A stretch of 60,159 bases of DNA, the filler included. It is 6 parts of 6 records of this genome, joined end to end, with 100 filler letters (N's around TTAATTAATTAA, not from the genome) between each part and the next. Parts side by side here need not be neighbours in the genome. Positions count along the whole stretch, not along the records: positions 1 to 21,206 come from SRR31156797_36725; 5 more parts are not named here. One strand, 5' to 3'. Below, piece by piece: positions 1 through 11,804 of the stretch. The notes below the pieces were generated by a model. It was not told the DNA's origin. It made no database searches and saw only the letters and a program-made list of their open reading frames with translations. Each line of letters opens with the position of its first letter. Within the stretch, counting starts at the first letter, position 1. The position numbers and the translations under genes are program-made.

Positions 1-1
1 T

Positions 2-376
2 CCGTTGATTGGGTTCGCGCAAGCCGGTTCTGCTGGTTACTTCGACGATGCGGGTTATCCGACCGGTGGATCCTGGGATGAAATCCCATTTCCCGATGTT
101 GGCGACCCGCACGCCTATGCCCTTGAAATCACGGGCGACAGCATGGAGCCGGTTTATCGTGACGGCGATACCGTCATCGTTTCGCCGGCCGCCAGCGTAA
201 GGCGAAGTGACCGCGTCGTCGTGAAGACCTTGAAAGACGAGGTCATGGCAAAGCAGTTACGCCGCAAAACAGCTCGGAAAGTCGAACTGCAATCCCTGAA
301 CCCGGATCATGACGATCGGGTGCTGGCGATTGAGGAGCTTGATTGGATCGCCCGAATTGTCTGGGTCAGTCAATAG
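2..376 (+). CDS. S24 peptidase domain of an XRE/LexA-like repressor (RogA-like alphaproteobacterial family), 5' truncated
   Basis: PLIGFAQAG cleavage-site region, GDSMEP catalytic Ser, VMAK catalytic Lys, C-terminal WIARIVWVSQ; frame is open to the window edge. Confidence 0.85.
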   Translation, partial: PLIGFAQAGSAGYFDDAGYPTGGSWDEIPFPDVGDPHAYALEITGDSMEPVYRDGDTVIVSPAASVRRSDRVVVKTLKDEVMAKQLRRKTARKVELQSLNPDHDDRVLAIEELDWIARIVWVSQ

Positions 377-473
377 CGGCGGCCAACTGTCGGCCTGCAA
401 ATAGTTTATCTATTCGCCGTTTCCCACCAACCGGAATTTGGATGGATGTTGGAGGTTGGCCAAGGGGTTTCGA

Positions 474-1364
474 ATGCATTTCCGCGACAAAACAATCGTT
501 AAAAAGACAACCGCGTCGCGCGGCATCGTATTTTATGACGGGCAATGGCATGACGAAAATCCGATGGTTCTGGGACCGGCTTCCCATGCCGCATGGATGG
601 CGTCAACCGTGTTCGACGGCGCCCGCGCATTTGCGGGCTGCGCACCGGACTTAGATCGCCACTGCGCACGAGCCGTCAGATCGGCAAAGGCCTTGGCCCT
701 AAATCCGGAAATCTCTGCTGCCGAGATTGAAGCGCTCGCCCGCGAAGGTATAAAGAGATTTCCATCGGAAACGGCGCTCTACGTCTGCCCGATGTTCTAC
801 GCCGAAAAAGGCTTCATCGCGCCTGACCCCGAATCGACACGTTTTGCCCTGATCGTTCTCGAATCACCCTTGCCCGATATGGAAGATGGTTTTTCGGCTT
901 GCCTGTCCCGTTTCAAACGCCCGGCGGCCGACATGGCGCCAAACGATGCGAAGGCCGCTTGCCTATATCCCAATGTCGCGCGGGCTCTGGGCGAGGCCAA
1001 GGAACATGGGTTCGATACGGCTGTCGTACTCGATCCCGAAAGCGCCGTCGCCGAATTTGCCTATGCCAATCTGTTTATGGTCAGCGACGGGACCATCCAT
1101 ACGCCACAGATCAACGGTACGTTTCTGGACGGCATAACCCGACAGCGCATTATCGCCCTTCTCACCGATGCCGGTCATGACATCGTCGAGAGGACAATAA
1201 GGTTTGACGAGTTGATAGCCGCTGACGAACTGTTCGGTACCGGGAACTACTACAAGGTCGCGCCTTGCGTGCGGCTGGACGACCGGGAACTCGCTGCCGG
1301 GCCGATCTATGCCAAAGCCCGCGAACTCTATTTCAATTATGCCAAAGCCTGTCCGGTGGGCTGA
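474..1364 (+). CDS. Class IV PLP aminotransferase (branched-chain amino acid aminotransferase-like); start uncertain (438 or 474)
   Basis: VFDGARAF, LDRHCAR, AKAACLY (PLP Lys), FLDGITRQ motifs. Confidence 0.88.
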   Translation: MHFRDKTIVKKTTASRGIVFYDGQWHDENPMVLGPASHAAWMASTVFDGARAFAGCAPDLDRHCARAVRSAKALALNPEISAAEIEALAREGIKRFPSETALYVCPMFYAEKGFIAPDPESTRFALIVLESPLPDMEDGFSACLSRFKRPAADMAPNDAKAACLYPNVARALGEAKEHGFDTAVVLDPESAVAEFAYANLFMVSDGTIHTPQINGTFLDGITRQRIIALLTDAGHDIVERTIRFDELIAADELFGTGNYYKVAPCVRLDDRELAAGPIYAKARELYFNYAKACPVG

Positions 1365-1394
1365 CGACAAACCCGGTCTATCGCCGGCTCGACA

Positions 1395-2978
1395 TCAAGC
1401 GCCTAAATCTTCCCCGGCCACCACGCGGTCGATAAGGCTGATGGTCTCGTCCCGGCCATAAAGCGCGATGAACGACCCCATTCGCGGTCCCTGACTTTGC
1501 CCCAACAATATTTCATAAAGCGCCTTGAACCAGGATTTCAGGTCGGGAAAATCGTGGTGTTTTCCCACCTCATAGACTTCCGTCTGAAATGCTTCGGCAT
1601 CGGCACCCGCGGGAAGCCCCTGCAAGGCCTTGGCGAGTTCCTGTAGCGCCGCAGTTTCGACATCGTTCGCAGCCCTATAGGCTTTCGCAGGCTTCACGAA
1701 ATCCCGGTAATAGTTGATGGCATATTCCACCAGGCGATCGAGTATCGGCGCCGTTTCCGGAGTCGCGTCCGGGCGATAGCGCGAAATGAAATGCCATAAC
1801 ACGCTCTTTTCTTCGGTATGGCATACGCTGGCCAAATTCAGCAGCACATTGAAACTGAGATGAGCCTGTTCGCTTGGCGGGTTGCCCAAATGGATATGCC
1901 AGACCGGGTTATCGATGCGCTTGTTTTCTTCCTGTTTGGTGAATCCACCAAGGTGACTTAAATAGTCATCGACGTTGCGGGGTATGACGTCGAAATACAG
2001 CCGTTTAGCGGCTTTCGGCTTCTGAAACATGAAAAGCGAAAGGCTCTCCGGCGGGGCATATCGAAGCCAATCCTCAACCGCCAGCCCATTGCCCCTGGAC
2101 TTGGAAATCTTTTCACCGTTCTCATCCAGGAACAGCTCGTAAGTGAAGCCGGCCGGCGGCCTTCCCCCAATAATGCGGCAGATCTTCCCCGAAAGATTGA
2201 CTGAATCGATCAGATCCTTTCCGGACATCTCATAATCGACATCCAGCGCCGCCCAGCGCATGGCCCAATCGGGTTTCCATTGCAGCTTGCAATTTCCACC
2301 GGTGACCGGCACCTCGGTTTTCGATCCGTCTTCGTCTTCATAAACGATGGTTCCGGCCTCCACATCGCATTCGACGATCGGCACCTGAAGTACATTTCCG
2401 GTCTTCGGACAGACGGGCAAGAACGGGCTGTAGGTGGCGCGGCGTTCCGGGCCCAAGGTCGGCAGGATCACATTCATGACAGCGTCGTATTGGGCCAGTA
2501 CCTTCAGGAGCGCCTGATCGAACCGGCCTTCCCGATAAAGCTCGGTGGAACTGACGAATTCATAGTCGAACCCGAATCCATCGAGAAATTCCCGCAACAT
2601 GGCGTTGTTGTGGTGACCGAAGCTTTCGTGAGTGCCGAACGGGTCGGGAATCGCGGTCAGGGGCTTGCCAAGATATTCCGCCACCATCTCGCGGTTCGGA
2701 ATGTTGTCGGGCACTTTGCGAAGACCGTCCATATCGTCGGAAAACGCGAACAGACGGCTCGGAATGTCGGATAGCGCCGCAAAGGCGTTTCGCACCATCG
2801 ACGTTCTCGCCACTTCGCCGAATGTGCCGATATGCGGCAACCCCGACGGACCATACCCGGTTTCAAACAGGGCATAGCCTTTTTCCGGCACCTTGCCGTT
2901 CAAACGTTTCAACAGGCTCCGCGCCTCGGCAAATGGCCAGGCGTTGCTGTTTTCAGCAAAGGCACGGATATCGGACAT
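1395..2978 (-). CDS. lysS: Lysine--tRNA ligase, class I
   Basis: [42 protein letters not shown] motifs. Confidence 0.97.
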   Translation of the reverse strand: MSDIRAFAENSNAWPFAEARSLLKRLNGKVPEKGYALFETGYGPSGLPHIGTFGEVARTSMVRNAFAALSDIPSRLFAFSDDMDGLRKVPDNIPNREMVAEYLGKPLTAIPDPFGTHESFGHHNNAMLREFLDGFGFDYEFVSSTELYREGRFDQALLKVLAQYDAVMNVILPTLGPERRATYSPFLPVCPKTGNVLQVPIVECDVEAGTIVYEDEDGSKTEVPVTGGNCKLQWKPDWAMRWAALDVDYEMSGKDLIDSVNLSGKICRIIGGRPPAGFTYELFLDENGEKISKSRGNGLAVEDWLRYAPPESLSLFMFQKPKAAKRLYFDVIPRNVDDYLSHLGGFTKQEENKRIDNPVWHIHLGNPPSEQAHLSFNVLLNLASVCHTEEKSVLWHFISRYRPDATPETAPILDRLVEYAINYYRDFVKPAKAYRAANDVETAALQELAKALQGLPAGADAEAFQTEVYEVGKHHDFPDLKSWFKALYEILLGQSQGPRMGSFIALYGRDETISLIDRVVAGEDLGA

Positions 2979-3070
2979 GATGGCTCTCTTTCGACGGGAA
3001 TTGTTGTTGTGGCCGGCAATGACCGGCGCCGGACCCTAAAAGGCAGGCCGTCCGCCGTCAACCGTACGGC

Positions 3071-4594
3071 TTATTTCCAGATCGGTTTTCCGTTTCCCGG
3101 CAGACCGTAATCCGCCCATTTCCGGGTCACCTCGGCAATCACATCGTCGCTCATGCGAATTTTCGTACCCCATTCGCGCTTCGTCTCCGGCGGGATTTTG
3201 GTGGTGGCGTCGATACCCATCTTGCTGCCAAGGCCCGATTCCGGTGACGCAAAATCCAGATAATCGATCGGGGTGTTTTCGATCATCGTAACGTCGCGGA
3301 TGGGATCGACATTCGTTGATATCGCCCAAACCACATCGGCCCAATCACGTGGATCGATGTCGTCGTCCACAACGATCACGAATTTCGTGTACATGAACTG
3401 GCGCAGGTACGACCAAACACCCATCATGACGCGCTTTGCATGACCGGCGTAGGCCTTGCGCATGGAAACCACAGCAACCCGGTAGGAACAGGCTTCCGGA
3501 GGCAACCAGAAATCCGTGATCTCCGGAAACTGCTGACGAAACAGCGGCACGAACACGTCGTTCAGGGCCTCGCCCAGGACCGACGGCTCATCCGGCGGCC
3601 GTCCGGTATAAGTGGACAGATAGATGGGCTTCCGCCGCATGGTTATGGCGCTGATCGTAAAAACGGGAAATTTTTCGACCGCATTGAAGTACCCGGTGTG
3701 ATCGCCGTAGGGTCCCTCTCTGTCTTCTTCGCTCGGCGAAACATGCCCTTCCAGGATGATCTCGGCTGTTGCCGGCACCTTTAAGGGAATCGTCTTGCAA
3801 TCAACCAGATCCACTTTTTGGCCGCGCAGCAAACCGGCGAACTGGTACTCGGACAGGGTATCGGGGATCGGTGTCACGGCGGCCAGGATGCATCCCGGAT
3901 CGGCCCCGATGACAATGGCTACCGGCATCGGATCTTGCCTTGCCGCTTTCCAACGCGCGAACTGCTGCGCGCCGCCCCGATGCTTGAGCCATCGCATCAA
4001 GGTCGTGTTCGGCCCCGTAACCTGCATGCGGTAGACGCCCAGGTTGTAATCATCCCGTTTGTCGCCGCCGTCCGTGTCCGCATCGGGACCGCGGCTGACA
4101 ACCAACGGCCAAGTAATCAGGGGAGCCGGTTCTCCCGGCCAACAGGTTTGAATCGGCAACCGCCGAAGATCGATGTCCTTGCCCTTCAAAATGACTTCCT
4201 GGCAGGGCGCCTTTGACGTCGGTTTCGGCCGCATCGACATGACCGTTTTCAACATAGGCAACATCTCAACCGCCTCGCGCCAGCCGCCGGGAGGTTCCGG
4301 CTGGCGCAGGAAGGCCAGCATCTCGCCGATTTCACGTAACTTGTCCGGCTCGCGATTCATGCCCCATGCGACCCGCTCGACGGTTCCGAACAAATTCACC
4401 AGAACCGGCATGTCAAAGACGCCACCATCCGGCTGCACCACGCTCTCGAACAGAACGGCTGGTCCTTTTTCGGCCAAAAGCCGGGTTTGGATTTCGGTCA
4501 TCTCAAAAATGGGCGAGACCGGCTCCGAGACCCGTACAAGGCGCCCTTTGCGTTCGAGCCGGTCGATAAATTCCCGAAGGCTGGCGTAAGCCAT
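3071..4594 (-). CDS. ubiD: UbiD family decarboxylase (3-octaprenyl-4-hydroxybenzoate carboxy-lyase)
   Basis: [31 protein letters not shown] motifs. Confidence 0.96.
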   Translation of the reverse strand: MAYASLREFIDRLERKGRLVRVSEPVSPIFEMTEIQTRLLAEKGPAVLFESVVQPDGGVFDMPVLVNLFGTVERVAWGMNREPDKLREIGEMLAFLRQPEPPGGWREAVEMLPMLKTVMSMRPKPTSKAPCQEVILKGKDIDLRRLPIQTCWPGEPAPLITWPLVVSRGPDADTDGGDKRDDYNLGVYRMQVTGPNTTLMRWLKHRGGAQQFARWKAARQDPMPVAIVIGADPGCILAAVTPIPDTLSEYQFAGLLRGQKVDLVDCKTIPLKVPATAEIILEGHVSPSEEDREGPYGDHTGYFNAVEKFPVFTISAITMRRKPIYLSTYTGRPPDEPSVLGEALNDVFVPLFRQQFPEITDFWLPPEACSYRVAVVSMRKAYAGHAKRVMMGVWSYLRQFMYTKFVIVVDDDIDPRDWADVVWAISTNVDPIRDVTMIENTPIDYLDFASPESGLGSKMGIDATTKIPPETKREWGTKIRMSDDVIAEVTRKWADYGLPGNGKPIWK

Positions 4595-4952
4595 TTTCCC
4601 CCCAAACTGTGTTTTGCCGAGTAATTTGCCCTTTTCGCCCCCATGGGCGTCAAGAGGTTTGCATGGTAGTGGGTCGTTAGGGCCAGGAATATGGCAACCT
4701 GGATCACAGAAACTGGAAACGGGTTTGGACGCACTTCGCCCATTCGTTGCGATATAAATATACTAGAATCAGAACGTCGTCAAGGATTTTATTTCTATTT
4801 TCGGCTATTATACATAATACAGTTCTCGGTTATGCCATTCGTCTGTTTCGGATTCATCTGTCACACTGGCGCTCGCTTTTGTTGCAATCGGGACCGTGCA
4901 TTCATACCTTTTTGCTTGAATTGATGCTCTTCGCGCGGGGTTCGGGGGTGGA

Positions 4953-4968
4953 TTAACCATTGGGAAAC
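4953..4968 (+). promoter_or_regulatory. Possible CtrA site upstream of the HD-GYP gene
   Basis: TTAACCAT 8-mer followed by a degenerate second half (TTAA-N7-GAAAC), about 90-100 nt upstream of the start. Confidence 0.35.
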
Positions 4969-5053
4969 CAAAATAGAGGAAGTTCTACCATGTCGGGGAA
5001 CTTCCGCGAACGGACCCGCACCCCGCCGAATGGAATGCAAGGGGTTGGCGGCA

Positions 5054-6838
5054 ATGACCGTTGCTACGGCTCAAGGCGATGCGAGCAGTCGCTTCGAACG
5101 GCTGATCGAAATCGGCATTGCGCTCTCCGCGGAGCGCAATCACAACCGGCTAATGGAACGAATCCTTCTTGAGGCGAAGGGACTGTGCAACGCCGATGGC
5201 GGCACCCTTTACCTCAAGTCCGACGATGATCGACTGCGCTTCGAAATCATGCGCACCGATTCACTCGGCATCGCCATGGGTGGAACGACCGGCAAGGAAA
5301 TCCCCTTCCCGCCACTTGAAATGTTCGATCCCGAAACCGGGCAGCCCAACCACAAGAACATTGCAACCCATGCCGCCCTGACCGGCGATTGCATCGATAT
5401 TCCCGATGCCTATACCGCCGATCAATTCGATTTTTCCGGAACAAAAAAATTCGACGAAGGAACCGGTTATCGCTCGAAGTCGTTTTTGACGGTTCCGCTC
5501 AAGAACCACGACGGCGATGTCATCGGGGTTCTCCAGCTTTTGAATGCACAAGATTTGCAGTCCGGAGACGTTATTCCGTTCACCGCCGATATCCAACCGT
5601 TGATCGAAGCATTGGCGTCGCAAGCCGCCGTTGCGCTGGACAACCAGCAGCTGATCGATGCCCAGCGGCGCTTGCTCGATTCTTTCATCGAATTGATTGC
5701 CAGCGCAATCGACGCCAAATCGCCTTATACCGGCGGCCACTGCCAGCGCGTGCCCGAATTGACCAAGATGCTGGTCGGCGCCGCATGCAACGCGAACGAT
5801 GGCCTCTACAAGGAATTCGATCTCACCGAAGACGAATGGTACGAACTGCACATCTCGGCCTGGTTACACGATTGCGGCAAGGTCACCACACCGGAATACG
5901 TGGTCGACAAGGCCACCAAGCTGGAAACTATCAACAACCGCTTACATGAGGTCCGCACCCGGTTCGAGGTCATCAAAAGGGACGTCGAGATCGACTACCT
6001 GAAAGGCGTGCTCGACGGCGGCGATGAAAAAAACCTGGCCGCCGAACGGGATGCCCGATTGGCTCAACTGGACGATGATTTCGCCTTTGTCGCGGAATGC
6101 AATGTCGGTGGCGAATTCATGGCGCCGGAACGTATCGAACGGCTGGAGAATATCGCCCGGATCAAATGGTCACGCACCCTGGACAACCGCATCGGCCTAT
6201 CGCACGAAGAAGAAAAACGCATCAACAAAACGCCGGCGCCGAAGCTGCCGGTCGAGGAAAGCCTGCTCGCCGACAAACCGGAACACATCATTGAACGCGA
6301 ACCAAGCGACATTATCGCCGAAGACAACCCGTATGGATTCAAGCTCGAAACGCCTAAGGACAAATACAATTTGGGCGAGGTCTACAATCTGCGGGTCTCG
6401 CGGGGCACCCTAACCGCCGAGGAACGATACAAGATCAACGACCATATGGTTCAGACCATCGTCATGCTGGAGCAACTGCCGTTCCCGAAGCACCTGAAAC
6501 GCGTGCCCGAATATGCCGGGGGCCACCACGAAACGATGATCGGCACCGGATATCCCAAAAAACTGACCAAAGCGGACATGTCGATCCCGGCCCGTTGCAT
6601 GGCCATCGCCGATATTTTCGAGGCGCTCACCGCCTCCGACCGGCCTTATAAAAAACCGAAGACGCTGAGCGAAAGCATCCGCATCATGTCGTTCATGCGC
6701 AACGACCAGCACATCGATGCGGACCTGTTTGAGTTGTTCCTGCGGTCCGGCGTCCACAAACAATACGGCGAGAAATATCTGGCGCCGGAACAGGTCGACG
6801 AGGTCGATATCGAGGGGTTCTTGAATACGGGATATTAG
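5054..6838 (+). CDS. GAF + HD-GYP domain protein (c-di-GMP phosphodiesterase)
   Basis: N-terminal GAF (ADGGTLY, GYRSKSFLTVP), DAKSPYTGGHCQRV, WLHDCGK, HHETMIGTGYP, ADIFEALTASDRPYK. Confidence 0.93.
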   Translation: MTVATAQGDASSRFERLIEIGIALSAERNHNRLMERILLEAKGLCNADGGTLYLKSDDDRLRFEIMRTDSLGIAMGGTTGKEIPFPPLEMFDPETGQPNHKNIATHAALTGDCIDIPDAYTADQFDFSGTKKFDEGTGYRSKSFLTVPLKNHDGDVIGVLQLLNAQDLQSGDVIPFTADIQPLIEALASQAAVALDNQQLIDAQRRLLDSFIELIASAIDAKSPYTGGHCQRVPELTKMLVGAACNANDGLYKEFDLTEDEWYELHISAWLHDCGKVTTPEYVVDKATKLETINNRLHEVRTRFEVIKRDVEIDYLKGVLDGGDEKNLAAERDARLAQLDDDFAFVAECNVGGEFMAPERIERLENIARIKWSRTLDNRIGLSHEEEKRINKTPAPKLPVEESLLADKPEHIIEREPSDIIAEDNPYGFKLETPKDKYNLGEVYNLRVSRGTLTAEERYKINDHMVQTIVMLEQLPFPKHLKRVPEYAGGHHETMIGTGYPKKLTKADMSIPARCMAIADIFEALTASDRPYKKPKTLSESIRIMSFMRNDQHIDADLFELFLRSGVHKQYGEKYLAPEQVDEVDIEGFLNTGY

Positions 6839-6864
6839 CGTCCACAAACGCCGGGTTCACGGGC

Positions 6865-7794
6865 CTAAACCGCCAGTTGGGCGGCGATCATTCCAGCCAA
6901 CACAATCAACCCGAAATCGCGATTAGACTTGAATTTTTTCAGGCAGTCCTTGGGATCCGCGGTATCAACCCGCGCCACCTGCAAGCCGAGGTGAAACGAG
7001 CCCCCTGCCAGAAATGCGAAAAATGGCCACGGCAATTCCTCCAGAAATCCGGAAACAGCCATAAGCACAACAGCAATTCCATAAAATCCAAACAACCATG
7101 GTCGGGTCCGGTCACCCAACCTCAAGGCGCTGGATTTGACGCCAACCAAAAGGTCGTCCTCCTTGTCCTGATGCGCGTAGATCGTGTCGTAGCCGAGGGT
7201 CCAGAAAAATCCCGCCGCATAAAGGACAACGGGGGCCCAGGAAAGCCCGCCCTGCACCGCCGCCCATCCCATCAATGCTCCCCAATTGAAGGTGAGGCCG
7301 AGCCAGGCCTGCGGCCAATAGGTGAAGCGCTTCATGAACGGATAGATTGCAACCAACGGCAAAGCGGCCACACCCAGCCAGATGGTGAAAGCATTGAACT
7401 GCAATAAAATCAGAAGTCCGACCGACAACAGTCCGCCAAGGAATACAAAGGCGGCAAAAAGCGAGATCGCACCGCTGGCGACGGGCCGGGTCGCGGTTCG
7501 CGCCACTTGGCGGTCGAATTCCCGATCCGCCATGTCGTTGACGGTGCATCCAGCCGCCCGCATGACCAGCGAACCGATCGCGAAAAGCGCTGCCAGATAA
7601 AAACCCGACCAATCCGGCTTCGCCAAAGCGACGCCCCACCAACAAGGCAACAACAATAGCCATGTACCGATCGGCCGGTCGATCCGTGCAAGCCTAAAAT
7701 AGGGGCGCGCCGCAGACGGAACGTATCGATCGATCCAATCGTCCGATTTGATATCGCTGGCGCTGTCGGCAAATTCTTTCATCGGCCGAACCAT
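6865..7794 (-). CDS. ubiA: 4-hydroxybenzoate octaprenyltransferase
   Basis: RIDRPIGTWLLLLP, NDMADREFD, YDTIYAHQDKEDD. Confidence 0.96.
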   Translation of the reverse strand: MVRPMKEFADSASDIKSDDWIDRYVPSAARPYFRLARIDRPIGTWLLLLPCWWGVALAKPDWSGFYLAALFAIGSLVMRAAGCTVNDMADREFDRQVARTATRPVASGAISLFAAFVFLGGLLSVGLLILLQFNAFTIWLGVAALPLVAIYPFMKRFTYWPQAWLGLTFNWGALMGWAAVQGGLSWAPVVLYAAGFFWTLGYDTIYAHQDKEDDLLVGVKSSALRLGDRTRPWLFGFYGIAVVLMAVSGFLEELPWPFFAFLAGGSFHLGLQVARVDTADPKDCLKKFKSNRDFGLIVLAGMIAAQLAV

Positions 7795-7921
7795 ATACGT
7801 CCCAATGGGGATCGGGCAACGGTTCCGGCCAGTTCAACAAACTCCCGAGTATTCGGTGCCTTGCAGTGCTCTCCCCGGATCGTATGATGGCCTTCAATCG
7901 GTTTCGTATGGGATTGGTCCA

Positions 7922-8683
7922 ATGACCCGGGAGAAAAACAAGGTCCGCCTGTATATCGATGAGGCTCTCACTGAAAGCCGGGCGATCGAACTCGGCCGCG
8001 AGCAAAGTCATTACGTCGCCCATGTCATGCGTCAGCGCATGGGCGATGAGATTTCTCTGTTCAATGGAAGGGATGGCGAGTGGCGGGCGGCCATCTCGGA
8101 ATTGATGCGCAACCGTGTCAGCGTTTCCTGCCTTGGGCAAATACACGAACAGAATCCCGAGCCAGACATCTGGCTGCTGTTTGCGCCTTTAAAAAAAACG
8201 CGCATCGATTTTGTTGTCGAAAAGGCAACCGAACTCGGGGTCTCATGCCTGCACCCCGTCCTGACCGAAAGAACTGCCGTAACCCGCATCAATCCGGATC
8301 GGCTTTTAGCCCGCGCCATCGAAGCCGCCGAGCAGTGCGAGCGTTTGACCGTTCCCCAGATCGAACCGGCGTCCAGCCTCCATAACCTGATCTCCGATTG
8401 GAACGAAGACCGGCGCCTGTTCGTTTTGGACGAAACCGGAAGCGGCCAATCAATTTTCTCTGCCTTTGCCGAAGCCGCCGGAAAAGCGGGAAAAGCGGTT
8501 CCGCCATGCGGGATTTTAATCGGTCCCGAGGGCGGTTTTTCCGCTTCGGAACTTGACGGCCTGAAAAAACAACCCTTTGTTACGTCAGTAACGCTTGGCC
8601 CTCGAATTCTCCGAGCCGAAACCGCCGCAGTGGCGGCGTTGGCATGCTGGCAGGCTATCGTCGGGGACTGGCAACGACAATAA
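7922..8683 (+). CDS. rsmE: 16S rRNA m3U1498 methyltransferase
   Basis: VEKATELGV, EAAEQCER, IGPEGGF, LGPRILRAETA; ATG at 7922 preferred over the longer ORF call. Confidence 0.95.
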   Translation: MTREKNKVRLYIDEALTESRAIELGREQSHYVAHVMRQRMGDEISLFNGRDGEWRAAISELMRNRVSVSCLGQIHEQNPEPDIWLLFAPLKKTRIDFVVEKATELGVSCLHPVLTERTAVTRINPDRLLARAIEAAEQCERLTVPQIEPASSLHNLISDWNEDRRLFVLDETGSGQSIFSAFAEAAGKAGKAVPPCGILIGPEGGFSASELDGLKKQPFVTSVTLGPRILRAETAAVAALACWQAIVGDWQRQ

Positions 8684-8727
8684 TCGCGGCCCTTGGCCGT
8701 TCTTCCAACTGAGCTCAAGGAATTCTC

Positions 8728-10095
8728 ATGGCCGAGACCACAAACGAACGCGCCCAACCGATCACCGACAAGCGTGTTTTCGTTGAACACCTCGAAAGCG
8801 GATGCAAGCCGATAGAGGATTGGCGGATCGGCACCGAGCACGAAAAGTTTGCATACAGTCTGGAAGATTATCGGCCCCTCGAATACGAGGGCGAAGGCGG
8901 CATCAAGAAGATCCTCGAAGGCCTCACGCGTTTCGGATGGACGCCGGTCCTCGAAAAAGGAAACATCATTGCCCTGACCGCTGCCGACGGCTGCTCGGTT
9001 ACGCTCGAACCCGCCGGTCAGGTCGAACTATCCGGCGCAACCGTCGAGACCATTCATCAAACCTGCCGCGAAGTGAACCTGCATCTCAAGCAGGTGAAAG
9101 AAGTGGCCGGCGAGATGAACGTCGGCCTGATGGGGCTCGGCTACAATCCGAAATGGCCGCGCGCGGAAATGCCGTGGATGCCAAAAGGACGCTACGGGAT
9201 CATGCGACGTCACATGCCGACCCGCGGCAATCTTGGACTGGATATGATGCAATCGACCTGCACCGTTCAGGTCAATCTCGATTTCGATTCGGAATCGACC
9301 ATGGTCAAGATGTTCCGCATTTCCTTGGCATTGCAACCAATCGCGACCGCGCTATGGGCGAATTCACCGTTCAAAGAAGGTAAGCCGACAGGGTTTCTCA
9401 GCTATCGCAGCCATATCTGGACCGATACCGATCCCGATCGCTGCGGGACGTTGCCGTTCGTCTTCGAAGACGGGTTCGGCTTCGAACGCTATGTCGACTA
9501 CTTGCTCGACGTACCCATGTATTTCGTCTATCGCGACGGCCAGTACATCGATGCTGCCGGGCAATCCTTTCGGGATTTCATGGCCGGAAAACTGCCGGCA
9601 CTTCCCGGCGAATACCCGACCATCGGTGACTGGAACGACCAACTGACCGTCGCTTTCCCGGAAGTGCGATTGAAACGTTTCCTCGAGATGCGCGGCGCCG
9701 ATGGCGGGCCTTGGAACCGGCTGTGTGCGTTGCCGGCCTTCTGGGTTGGCTTGTTATACGAGACGGGTTGCCGCGATGCCGCCTGGGATCTGGTTAAAGA
9801 CTGGACGGCGGAAGAACACGAAACGTTGCGAAATGAAGTCCCGCGTCTTGCCCTGAAAACGCCCTTCCGCAAAGGCACCGTTGGAGACATCGCGCTCGAT
9901 GCGCTCGATATCGCCCGTGAAGGCCTGAAAAAACGGGCCCGATTGGACGGTGCCGGAATGAACGAAACCTCGTTCCTGAACCCACTGTTCCGCATCGCCG
10001 AATCCGGCGTAACCCCGGCGGAAGAACTGTTGACGGCCTACCACCGACGCTGGGGCGAAAGCGTCGATCCGGTCTTCGAGGAATACGCCTACTAG
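8728..10095 (+). CDS. gshA: Glutamate--cysteine ligase (alphaproteobacterial/plant type)
   Basis: [43 protein letters not shown]. Confidence 0.96.
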   Translation: MAETTNERAQPITDKRVFVEHLESGCKPIEDWRIGTEHEKFAYSLEDYRPLEYEGEGGIKKILEGLTRFGWTPVLEKGNIIALTAADGCSVTLEPAGQVELSGATVETIHQTCREVNLHLKQVKEVAGEMNVGLMGLGYNPKWPRAEMPWMPKGRYGIMRRHMPTRGNLGLDMMQSTCTVQVNLDFDSESTMVKMFRISLALQPIATALWANSPFKEGKPTGFLSYRSHIWTDTDPDRCGTLPFVFEDGFGFERYVDYLLDVPMYFVYRDGQYIDAAGQSFRDFMAGKLPALPGEYPTIGDWNDQLTVAFPEVRLKRFLEMRGADGGPWNRLCALPAFWVGLLYETGCRDAAWDLVKDWTAEEHETLRNEVPRLALKTPFRKGTVGDIALDALDIAREGLKKRARLDGAGMNETSFLNPLFRIAESGVTPAEELLTAYHRRWGESVDPVFEEYAY

Positions 10096-10146
10096 ACGCT
10101 GTTCAAGGCGCCTGATTTCCGGGATTGTTTCGCCGCGGTAAAGCGT

Positions 10147-11586
10147 TCAGACCGAAGTCCCGCCGATGGTCAGGGAATCCACCTTCAGCGTCGGTTGACC
10201 GACCCCGACAGGCACGCCCTGCCCTTCCTTGCCGCAGGTTCCGATCCCCGGATCGAGCTTCATGTCGTTCCCAACCATCGAAACCCGGGTCAAGGCGTCC
10301 GGACCGTTTCCGATCAGTGTCGCCCCCTTAACGGGAGCGCCGATTTTTCCACTCTCGATCATGTAGGCTTCGGTGCAGGAAAACACGAATTTGCCAGACG
10401 TGATGTCCACCTGTCCGCCGCCGAAGTTCACGGCATAAAGCCCCTTGTCCACCGATCGGACGATTTCCTCCGGATCTTCCGATCCGGCCAACATGCAGGT
10501 ATTCGTCATGCGCGGCATCGGCGAATGGGCAAAGCTCTGACGGCGTCCGTTGCCGGTGGGATTCACGCCCATCAAACGCGCATTCATTCTGTCCTGCATG
10601 AATCCGGTCAGAATTCCGTCTTCGATGAGAACGTTCGATTGTGTCGGCGTCCCTTCGTCATCGACGGTCAACGACCCGCGCCGGTCGGCAATGGTGCCGT
10701 CATCGATGACCGTTACTCCGGGCGATGCCACGCGCTCGCCCATCAGGCCCGCGAAGGCCGATGTATTCTTTCTGTTGAAATCGCCCTCCAGCCCATGGCC
10801 GACCGCCTCGTGCAGAAGTATACCGGGCCACCCCGGTCCAAGGACCACGGGCATCTCGCCGGCCGGCGCCGGGGCGGATTCGAGGTTGACCAACGCCTGA
10901 CGCAAGGCCTCGTCTATGGCTCCCTGCCAAGTCTGCGGGTCGACGAACCCGTCATAGGCAATGCGCCCTCCGGTCCCGTAGCTGCCGCTTTCCATGCGAT
11001 CGCCCTTGGCAACAACAACCGAGACATTGAGGCGAACCAATGGACGGATATCCGCAACCCGCAATCCGCCGGGCCGAATGATTTGCACGCCCTGCCATTC
11101 ACCGGAAAGCGACGCCATCACCTGTTTTACGCGCTCGTCCTTCTTGCGCGCATAGGCATCCATTTCGCTCAGAAGGCTGACTTTCTTGGAAAACTCGATC
11201 TGCCCCAGCGGGTTGTCATCGGTATAGAGACTACGGTTCGTGCCGGCCGGAGCCCCCGCCATTTCAACGTTATGGCCGGCCAGTACGGCACGCACGGTGT
11301 TACCTGCCCGCTGGATGGCCGCCTCGCTCAGATCGGATGAATGGGAATATCCGGTGGCCTCACCGGACACGGCGCGCAATCCGAACCCGCGGGCCGTATC
11401 GAAAGCAGCGCTTTTCAAACGTCCATCATCGAAAACAAGGCCTTCCGACTGCGTGTATTCGAGGAATAGCTCGCCGTCGTCGGCACCGTGCAGGGTTTCA
11501 TCGACAATCGATTGAACACGGCCCTGATCAAGACCGGTCTGCTCAAAAAACAATTCGTCGGTTACGGAAAGGTCACTCACACCCAC
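10147..11586 (-). CDS. tldD: Metalloprotease TldD
   Basis: LLHEAVGHGLEGDFNRK, PMPRMTNT, GTCGKEGQGVPVGVGQPT. Confidence 0.97.
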   Translation of the reverse strand: MGVSDLSVTDELFFEQTGLDQGRVQSIVDETLHGADDGELFLEYTQSEGLVFDDGRLKSAAFDTARGFGLRAVSGEATGYSHSSDLSEAAIQRAGNTVRAVLAGHNVEMAGAPAGTNRSLYTDDNPLGQIEFSKKVSLLSEMDAYARKKDERVKQVMASLSGEWQGVQIIRPGGLRVADIRPLVRLNVSVVVAKGDRMESGSYGTGGRIAYDGFVDPQTWQGAIDEALRQALVNLESAPAPAGEMPVVLGPGWPGILLHEAVGHGLEGDFNRKNTSAFAGLMGERVASPGVTVIDDGTIADRRGSLTVDDEGTPTQSNVLIEDGILTGFMQDRMNARLMGVNPTGNGRRQSFAHSPMPRMTNTCMLAGSEDPEEIVRSVDKGLYAVNFGGGQVDITSGKFVFSCTEAYMIESGKIGAPVKGATLIGNGPDALTRVSMVGNDMKLDPGIGTCGKEGQGVPVGVGQPTLKVDSLTIGGTSV

Positions 11587-11700
11587 TCTCCAATTGCTCG
11601 CGGTTTGCTGCCGGCAGTCGGCTTACCTAATACAAGGGCCTGAATACGGTTGAGATCAAGCGTTACCTCCGGCTTGCCCCCGACATAACCGACGAACGCC

Positions 11701-11729
11701 TTGACGCAGCAGGCCGAAAACCCTATTTG
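11701..11729 (+). promoter_or_regulatory. Putative sigma70 promoter for the riboswitch-metZ transcript
   Basis: TTGACG-N17-TATTTG ending a few nt before the riboswitch. Confidence 0.6.
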
Positions 11730-11734
11730 CCTTT

Positions 11735-11797
11735 CACATGGTGATTTGCTCGACCAGCTTGCGACCACGAAAAACAATCTGCTAAACGGTCGGAGCT
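11735..11797 (+). ncRNA. SAM-II (SAM-alpha) riboswitch aptamer
   Basis: TGGTGATTTG...GCTTGCGACCAC...AAACAA...GCTAAA matches the SAM-alpha consensus; lies directly upstream of metZ. Confidence 0.9.
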
Positions 11798-11804
11798 GTT
11801 ATAG

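Noticed and set aside
1395-2978. Class I LysRS as a sign of archaeal gene transfer
   Set aside because: Class I LysRS is normal in many Alphaproteobacteria.
10195-11340. 381-aa plus-strand ORF
   Set aside because: Antisense shadow of tldD in high-GC DNA; no motifs.
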